A DNA stretch of 64,000 nt. Source: Balamuthia mandrillaris (taxonomy: Eukaryota). Below, one piece after another: positions 56,849 through 64,000 of the stretch. The translations under genes were made by a program, and so were the position numbers. The DNA is taken from positions 248,001-312,000 of the forward strand of contig JAVKOQ020000019.1 of assembly GCA_031835245.2 (NCBI GenBank), in the 5' to 3' direction. How positions within the stretch are numbered: the stretch's first letter is position 1; the number at the start of each line of letters is the position of its first letter. The notes below the pieces were generated by a model that was not told where the DNA came from, searched no databases, and saw only the letters and a list, made by a program, of their open reading frames with translations.

Positions 56849-57678
56849 TGAATCGAAAAAAACAGCTACACCAAGAGCAGGAGGGAGATCTCCTGGCTAT
56901 TCTTTCGTTCTCAGGGTGCCAGTTGAAATCACACACGCAAAATTTGAAACAGTAAACAAAAGGTTGTTTCTTGGTGGTTGCTTAGGCAGAGCCGTGTGTG
57001 TGCAAAATAATTAAAAAAAAGCGCGAGATGAAGTAGCAAAGGGGAGAGACCCAAAAGTCGGCGGGTTGGCAAATCCCTTCACCACCCTTCCAAAAATATT
57101 GCACCCAACAAAAGAAGTCTTCGCTATGCTCTCCCTTCCCCGTTGCAGTTTTTTGTTCCTTCGCAAAAAAAACAGAGAGCAAAACAAAAAAAAAAGGGGA
57201 GGGGCATTTGGGTTGTGGCGGGCACGGGGAGGGCAACCGCATCTACAGCACAAACTCAACACAACTACAGCGCCTTTGCCCCCAGCCATGATTTTTAGTC
57301 CATTTACAAGAAAAATGAAATAAAAAATGAAATATATATATTTTCTTTCTCGTATCCTTGCATTTTTTTTTTCGCAAGATGCCCATAGCGACCGGAGAAC
57401 CGCCGTGGAGATTTCATCTGGCTATACTGTTTCTGTCTAATTTCTGTCGATTCTCCGCCACCAACAACAGCAGCATGGACATCACGAGGCCCTGTGTGAC
57501 TTGCTCGCACTTCACGCCGCTTTGCGTTCCTTTTTGTTGATGCCTCAAAGAGGGCAGCAGCGTTCTTACCGTGCATGGCTGGTTAATATCATAGACGTAA
57601 CGTGAGATACCAGTTGCGGCCAAGTTGAGCTCCGTTGCAGGCAAACGAAAAAAAAAAAACGGTTGATTTCAAGTATAT

Positions 57679-58094
57679 TTATCGCGAGCCTTGGTTGGGC
57701 GAGGGGGAAGAAAAAGAAGAAGGGACGACATCGGAGAACTTGTTGTCCTCTTCAAACTCTCCCACCTGCTCGTACTTGAATACCACGTTATTGGCCGTGG
57801 CAAACCGGTCCATTTGCACGAGAGCAGTGTATGCCTCCTCTCGCATTCGTTCTAGCTTGGCTGGGTCACTCACATGACGGTTCGTCCGGAAATCTAAGTC
57901 AAGGTTTTTTGGAGTTAAAAAAAAATGAACAACTTCAAACAAAAGCCAAAAAAGAGAAGCTCACCTTCTCGGATGTCTTTGATGATGCTCTGTCTTTTTA
58001 CACTTGGGAAACGGTAGGCCGAGCGAAGCAGCCTCATGTACAAGTGCCTCGCTGGCAGCTGCTTCAGTTGGTTGGTGGCAGCGGCGCTACTCAT
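57679..58094 (-). CDS. LYR-motif mitochondrial protein
   Basis: HLYMRLLRSAYRFP..IRE|DFRTNRHVSDP; 3' end uncertain. Confidence 0.75.
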
Positions 58095-58238
58095 TTTCTT
58101 GCTTCTGTCCTCCCTTGGTTTTTGTGTGTGTGTGTGTGCTCTTCGTGACGACGTGATAACAAGCATTTGATGCCGACAAACGTGAAGCAAAAAACAAAGC
58201 AAAGGACAGCCACATGAGTTATTCTTAAATGTACAAGC

Positions 58239-59772
58239 TTACAGTTGGCTTCTAGGTTTCAGACCAGTGGCAGCCCTCACAGTGACGCCCAAGCTGGGCT
58301 CCAACGCAGCGAAGCCAGGAGAGCCCGTTAAGCTCAGCCCACACAACGAAAAGTAGGTGTGGAGCAAGTCAGGATGGACGCCGGGGCACTTGCTAAAGCC
58401 CCCGTAGTTAGTTTGGCAGCTAAATGTGAAACCCTGGGTAAGCTCCTTGTTGACAAGATCGATGGCACCCAGTATGCTGAGCGAGCCGCCCACCCAGAAG
58501 GAATAGCAGGTGTCGGGGTCCTTGTTGACTCGCCCTTGGAAGCCAGAGATTTGTCTCTCTATCAGCCATTGGAGGAGAGTGTCCCTGTGTGGCAGCTTTG
58601 GAAGGGCCTCCATCAGGGTTAGAGCGGCCAGGGCACAGTAGGTGGAGCCGCCATGGGCTTCTTGGCCAGGCCCTTGTGCCAACGCTCCCTCATAACTCTG
58701 TTAATTGGGGAAAAAGTTAAAAGGAGAAGAAACAGATAGCGGCTCTCTTTCTCTTGCATGTTGTTTGATAGTGTAATGCGAACCTGACTACTGAGAATGT
58801 ACTGAACGGCAGCGTCCACGTTCACCCCGCTCCAATCCTGCAACATGTGAGATATGGCGGCAGCACAGTATATGAATCGAACGTCGCTTTCGCTGCCAGC
58901 TATCACCGGACAGAAGCTGTTCAACATTTTAAAAAAACAAAAAACAAAGTAAGTATCAAGTTTGTTCCTTTTCATTATGACGGAAAAGGAACAAAAGAAA
59001 GGAAACGTGAGTATGATATGACAAACCTGCCGTCCTTGCATTGCAAACCCTTCAAACCTGCGATAATAGCCTTGCGATCGACACGGCCATAGTCATCGCC
59101 TAATATGCGGAGAGTGCAGAGGGCTGTGTACGTTACCGCAATGTGGCTTTGGTCCAAAAAAAGGCCGGTTTCTGGTGCCAGCTGGTTTTCATAGATGTTA
59201 TTGTCAGTTGAGAGACGAAAGAATACGAGAGAGTTGTGTGTGAGGGAGAGGAGAGAAGAGAGAGAGAAAAGAGCGTGAAGGAGAGCAAAGAAAAGAGGAG
59301 AAAAAATGAATAACAAGAGAGAAAGAGTTACGCAAGAAGGGTTCCATGGCAAACCAAGGAAAGGAGAACCTCTAAAACCCCATCGTGGTTTGTCTTTTAA
59401 GGGCGCAAATAAAACCAAAAAAAAAGAAGAAAAGATTAACGACAGTTCAAAAGAAATGGATTGGACAAGACAGGACGAAACCGTACCTTCAGGGAGAGGC
59501 TTGGAAGGAGGCAAGATCTGCAACGAATAGATCCACTCGATGGCCTGCTGCTTGTCAACAAGATCCAAGCGGCCGATGAGGTCCAGAGCGCTCACCACGA
59601 AATAAAGGACGGTCAAGCGGTTGCTGTCTTGCCCTTGGTAGGGCGTGGGCAGCACGTTCAGGTTGGCTTTCAAAAATTGCACGTGCCGTTTGTAGGAAAA
59701 AGTTGGGTCAAAAGCTTCTTCCGGGGCCTTGGAAGCCTGCTGCTGCTCCTCTGCCTTGGGGACCGCTTCCAT
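58239..59772 (-). CDS. PGGT1B: Geranylgeranyltransferase type I beta subunit
   Basis: DSNRLTVLYF, WIYSLQ, GFRGS, HIAVTYTAL..LGDD, ESDVRFIYCA, EAHGGSTYC, GFQGRVNKDPDTCYSFW, PDLLHTY. Confidence 0.92.
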
Positions 59773-59920
59773 CTCCGCGTCACTCTTTTCTTTTGTGCTT
59801 ATTTTTAAGTTGCCAAGTCGTCCTGAATAGAACAGTCCTGGTTTTTGTGTCGTCACGACAAAATAGCCCACACAGGACCAAAATAAAGTGGGCAATACAC
59901 ATGAAAGCAGACCAGAGGTC

Positions 59921-60039
59921 GGATACGGCCATACTGCGGAGAAAGCACCGCTTCCCGTCCGATCAGCGAAGTTAAGCTCCGCCAGGCGATGTTAGTACTG
60001 GGGTGGGTGACCACCCGGGAATCCATCGTGCTGTATCCT
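59921..60039 (+). rRNA. 5S rRNA: 5S rRNA, dispersed copy 2 (identical to copy 1)
   Basis: Same 119 nt plus CC-T7 terminator. Confidence 0.97.
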
Positions 60040-60068
60040 CCTTTTTTTGCTTTCTTACATTCCTCCCT

Positions 60069-60470
60069 TTATTGGCAGCGCTTCTCGCCATTGCTTGATT
60101 CGACCATGCCATAGGCTGCAGTACTTGGAGCCGTGAACATGTTGTTAAAGTTTTCCACTTGCACCTTCCTTTCGAACTTGCAGTTATTCTTCTCGCAGTT
60201 GATAGCCGACTGGAGCAGAAGAGTTGTTCCCTTTGGAAGAGCGTCAGTACAGCAAAAGAACGTAATACTATGCGGAGTATCAACCACACCGGAAAGACAG
60301 AAGAAGTAGTCCATGGGCGCTTCAGCAGTTTCCGGGGTCCTGGCCGTTTATACATCACGAATGAAGCATTCCAGCAGAAGTCAGAACCTTCGCGTCATCT
60401 GCCAGGTCATCGTTGAAGTTGGTCGTGTTGGTGTTCTCACCATAGGGCTTCTTCGAGGTAGTACCGACTC
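60069..60470 (-). pseudogene. Degraded coding fragment, family unknown
   Basis: Protein-like reading (NFNDDLADDAKVL / LLECFIRDV*TARTPETAEAPMDYFFCLSGVVDTPHSITFF) interrupted by a frameshift and an in-frame TAA. Confidence 0.35.
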
Positions 60471-60890
60471 TGAGTTACGTCAGTGGAAAGATGAAAGCAA
60501 GCGTGTGTGGAAGCTGGTGCTCCGAGCAGACCGCACGAACGAGAATGGGAGGCAAGGTCGCACGATACGTTAGTTAAAATGGTTACGTCATCAACTTGCT
60601 AGAAAAAGTAGTGCATGCCGTCAAGTTGGAAACCTCGCCAAAAGAAAAATGAATAACAGCAAAAGAAAAGACGGGAAGCACGCAGCATGGGCGCTTACTT
60701 GCAGCACGGGCAAATCTAGTTAGCTGCAACCACACGCCATTTGTCGCAACCCACGAAAACATGATAGTTTGGGGGAAAGAACTTTCCCGCCAAAACAAAA
60801 ATACAATCCAAACACAAACGAACGACAGGCCAGGGACACACTTTCGCCACTACAAAAAACGTAGCAGGACACAAGAAAACCAAAAAAAAA

Positions 60891-62172
60891 ATGTCTTGGC
60901 CGTGCCCACCGAGCAAGCAAGCTTTACTCGTTTACGAAGGAGAACGGAGCGAGCAGCAACGCCACCTCGCTGGAAGCAGCTGCCCGCCGCCGCCACCACC
61001 GCCGCTGCCCTCCACCAGTGACATCACCTCCTCGTCAAGCAGAGCGTGGAGAAGCTGCTTGCTGCTGGCGCTACGCGTGTGCAACTTTTTGGCTCGGCCG
61101 TGTGGAACCCAGACCCGGGGGACATCGACTTTGTTGTGAGCGGCCTGGACGAAGAGCGTTGTTTTGTTTTGTGGCTTGGTCTGGAGAAAACCTTTGATTT
61201 TCTTTTTGATTGCCTGAGAGTTGAGGGAGTTGTTGGGTCTTCCTTGGAGGAGGCAATCCAGAAACACGGGTACCCGTTGCTCTCCGTCTCCCATTTTAGC
61301 TTGGTTTTTGTTTGTTTTTTTTTTCAACTTACCTAACGCAATCGCTTGACAAAGAATGGATGTAACAAACCCAAAAGGCCTTACCCTACCCAAGAGAACG
61401 TACTCCCAGCTTCAGTTCAGGGACGAGTTTGTAGCAGAGATTCAAAAATCGAATTTTGAGAGAGTGTTCCGATGTGGTAACGGGGCGACCAATTGGGGAG
61501 TACGTTTCTTCACTGTGTTTTTTTTTTCCTTGAAGCTTTCTTCTCACATGAAGAGCAGCTGTTCAAAAATCTTCTCGATTTTTGTACAGTCTGGGTGTCA
61601 GTCAGTCTATTGACTGTACAAAAGGAAGTAGAAACATACACTTCGTTGTTACGCGCCTTTCTTAGCGTATGCAGCATATCCAAAGCCTTTGGTCTAAGGG
61701 CGTCCTGGAAAAGCGAAAGGCGTGCCTTGTGATGCTGCTTTGCTGGAGCAATTTCAGTTGCAGTGGGTGAAGTTGCAGGACGCCCTTAGACCAAAGGCTT
61801 TGGATATGTTGCATACGCTAAGAAAGGCGCGTAACAACGAAGTGTATGTTTCTACTTCCTTTTTCTGAGCGTTTTGTTTAAAAAAATGATTTAACACAGC
61901 TGCTGTTAATAGTTATAGCCACCAAATAATGCGATTTAGCGAAGCTAGCCTGCTTGAGCTTCTAGATATGATTACTAAAGAGTAAGCTTCTGTCACATCC
62001 CTTATACGAGCATGCTAACGTTCTGCTATGCAGTCCAGAAGTGTTTGTGGGCAACTCCCTGATTGCCAAAAAGTGGCCACCCCCTGCGCCAGAAGGCGTT
62101 GCGCAACCACTGACCGAGTGGAAGAACAATCAGGTCAACAAAATCGAAAAAAATATTCACAAAAAGCCCTAA
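60891..62172 (+). pseudogene. Intron-containing MNT (minimal nucleotidyltransferase)-HEPN fusion gene, frame-disrupted as sequenced
   Basis: GATRVQLFGSAVWNPDPGDIDFVVSGL..LEKTF..FDCL..AIQKHG; then EAFFSHEEQLFKNLL..ALLEQ..LRP..LDMLHTLRKARNNEV|HQ; GT-AG introns at 61270-61354 and 61982-62033 (both with CTAAC) and 61844-61918. Confidence 0.7.
61620..61863. repeat. 88-bp inverted repeat with 68-nt loop
   Basis: 61620-61707 is the reverse complement of 61776-61863 with one difference (a G-U pair in RNA). Confidence 0.95.
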
Positions 62173-62582
62173 AAATGGTGAAGGCTGAACTGGAAGCCCA
62201 AAGAGACAATGCCCTAAAAATGGTTTCCTGTTCAGCCTTCATTGCTTCCACCATTTGGAACGAGAGGAAAAGAGACGGTTGAGGGAAAAGCTTTCCAAGA
62301 CGGTCAAAAAGAAAGAGAAGCAAAAACCAACAAAACACTGTGATTAAAACCGCGCCGCCTGCAAGAGGCCAGAAGCCTAAGGAGAACTACATGGCCCCTG
62401 GCGTCAATGTGGCAAGCAAGGTTACGGGACAACTACAAGCCTTCCTTCGACCCTGCTTCATCATGCCTTTTGGAGCTCTGGTACTGGTCCTCGTTTACCT
62501 CCTTCTGATGCTGAAATAGAGGAAAGAAGCCGTTTGGCGTTGACCGTCCTGTAATCATTTTTTTTTTTGGGCATGGAAGGGT

Positions 62583-62656
62583 GCAGTATGGCCGTATCCG
62601 ACATCTTCCTTCCTTTCTTGCAGGATGCCCCATCCCACTTCTCATTCACCGCATGC
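62583..62656 (-). pseudogene. Truncated 5S rRNA relic (first 17 nt plus upstream flank)
   Basis: GGATACGGCCATACTGC at 62599-62583, preceded by GGGATGGGGCATCCTGCAAGAAAG matching the copy 1 flank. Confidence 0.8.
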
Positions 62657-62850
62657 CTGTCGATAGTGTTGCCGGTGACGTTCTTGCAGCATCCGTTGAA
62701 CTGTCCATTCTGATGACTGATTCCATGGTTCGCTGATTTTCGATCGGATGGGTCGCCTGCTCTCAACCTCACATCATGGTGGATTGGAATTAGTAGACCT
62801 GAGGGAACGAGAGTTTGTTTTGCTTAGTTTAAACGCGTTTTTTATTTTGT

Positions 62851-63373
62851 TTAAAACACTTGTACAGCTTCTTCTTCATTGTTGTCAAGTTGAAAGGGAA
62901 TGGTCCAAAAATAAAATCCTCCTTTCTCTATCATCTGCCATGTAGATGGCCATTCTAACCTATTTGAAAATAAAAGAGGAAACTGAAACGTCTTGGCTTG
63001 GTTAGCTGATCGCCATGCATCTTGTCCAACGCCATGCAGTTGCATTGCAGAAAAAATGGCTAGCAGTTCAACTTCCAACAATGGAAGCCTTTTGACAATT
63101 ACCCATATTTTGTTTTGTTCTACTTCATCTCTTTTTACTTCCACTCGGTAGCCTGGAAGATTTCGCACAACCAGGACCACAGCATCAGTCGTCTGAGCAC
63201 GCCAAAACCAGATGTCTAGTGATTGGCTGAATTGCAAATAATGTCCCACACACGCGAAAAGAGTTCTCAGCTCTTTCCTCACCCATAACCAAGGCGTTGA
63301 GGGCTAGGGCAACACAATGGCCCAGCAAAGCAACCCAGAAACCATCTTCTCGGCCAACATTGGCTCTGATCAA
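62851..63373 (-). pseudogene. Hypothetical protein with possible alpha-crystallin/HSP20-like C-terminal fold; apparent frameshift near 63282
   Basis: DIWFWRAQTTDAVVLVVRNLPGYRVEV..IWVIVKR..TFQFPL..GGFYFWTIP beta-strand pattern. Confidence 0.35.
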
Positions 63374-63663
63374 GTGTAGTATCTGTTCTATCTAGCGTAA
63401 TCTCTGGATGACAGTTCCCCCAACAACTGTCTCTTATGGTTAAACCTATTTTTCTCTCCTTCGAGGAAGGTGTGGGGTTCTTGTGGTATGCTGGCTTGCC
63501 GGCTGAACCGGCCTCACACCGCGGATCGGCTCTGCATAGCACTCCTGCAGAGTTCGTTGCAACGGTCCACCTCTTTACCATTCATTCCATTACATACAAA
63601 GATAACTCTGATATTGAGAGGTAAAGCAAGATGAGAGTGAGCGAGAGAGAAGGGCACTAAAAT

Positions 63664-63837
63664 CATTTCTTGTTATTCTTGTCAGCAGCAGCTTGTTTTT
63701 CCTCTTCTTCGATGCGTTCCATCGCTTCTAACTGATCTTGGTGGGCCAGCGCCTCGATGAACTCATCCAAGAGTTGACCTTCCATCATGCCGCCAATGTC
63801 GAACAAACTCTTGTTGATGCGATGATCGGTAATTCTG
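63664..63837 (-). CDS. Probable last exon of a gene extending beyond the window
   Basis: ITDHRINKSLFDIGGMMEGQLLDEFIEALAHQDQLEAMERIEEEEKQAAADKNNKK* after an AG acceptor. Confidence 0.4.
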
Positions 63838-64000
63838 ATAGATTCAAAATAACAAAGGTGAGAAATCCCACAATGAATGTTTTAGCAGGGAGTGTGGCTG
63901 TGAGGCTCCAATCCGCCCATCGTCCGTCCCATGGAGAATGTGTGGTGTTTTAAGAAGAAATTTCACCTACCTGTCCTGTGGATAGTTATAGGTGCGAATG

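Noticed and set aside
61019..61021. In-frame TGA before the MNT domain as selenocysteine or readthrough
   Set aside because: No SECIS recognised, no nearby in-frame ATG, and other lesions exist; mutation or frameshift is simpler
61620..61863. Inverted repeat as MITE terminal inverted repeats
   Set aside because: The right arm and loop are in-frame HEPN coding sequence plus a splice donor, and no target-site duplication is evident

Overview
Gene-dense eukaryotic DNA with short GT-AG introns full of (CT)n and related pyrimidine microsatellites. The 5S sequence and gene style suggest an amoebozoan (Acanthamoeba/Balamuthia-like); this is inference. Positions 1-59,800 hold about 25 mostly ordinary genes, including ZC3H3-like, major vault protein, CDPF1, USP, THUMP methyltransferase, PIG-F, RasGEF, F-box/WD40, P450, RUVBL1, Rh ammonium transporter, HMG-CoA reductase, GH47 mannosidase, UER1, CFP1-like and PGGT1B. 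There are two identical dispersed 5S rRNA genes, one tRNA-Trp and two identical tRNA-Thr. The last ~4 kb is accessory and degraded. Its main feature is an intron-containing gene that fuses a prokaryote-type minimal nucleotidyltransferase (MNT, GS..DxD) to a HEPN RNase domain whose R-x4-H motif forms only after splicing, resembling a eukaryotic MntA-HepT module. As sequenced it has frame lesions, and an 88-bp inverted copy folds back over the HEPN catalytic exon. It lies between a full 5S gene and an inverted truncated 5S relic. A second candidate is a ~250-nt nested-stem RNA between the two tRNA-Thr genes. Exon boundaries were read by eye and domain calls come from motif recognition, not searches.
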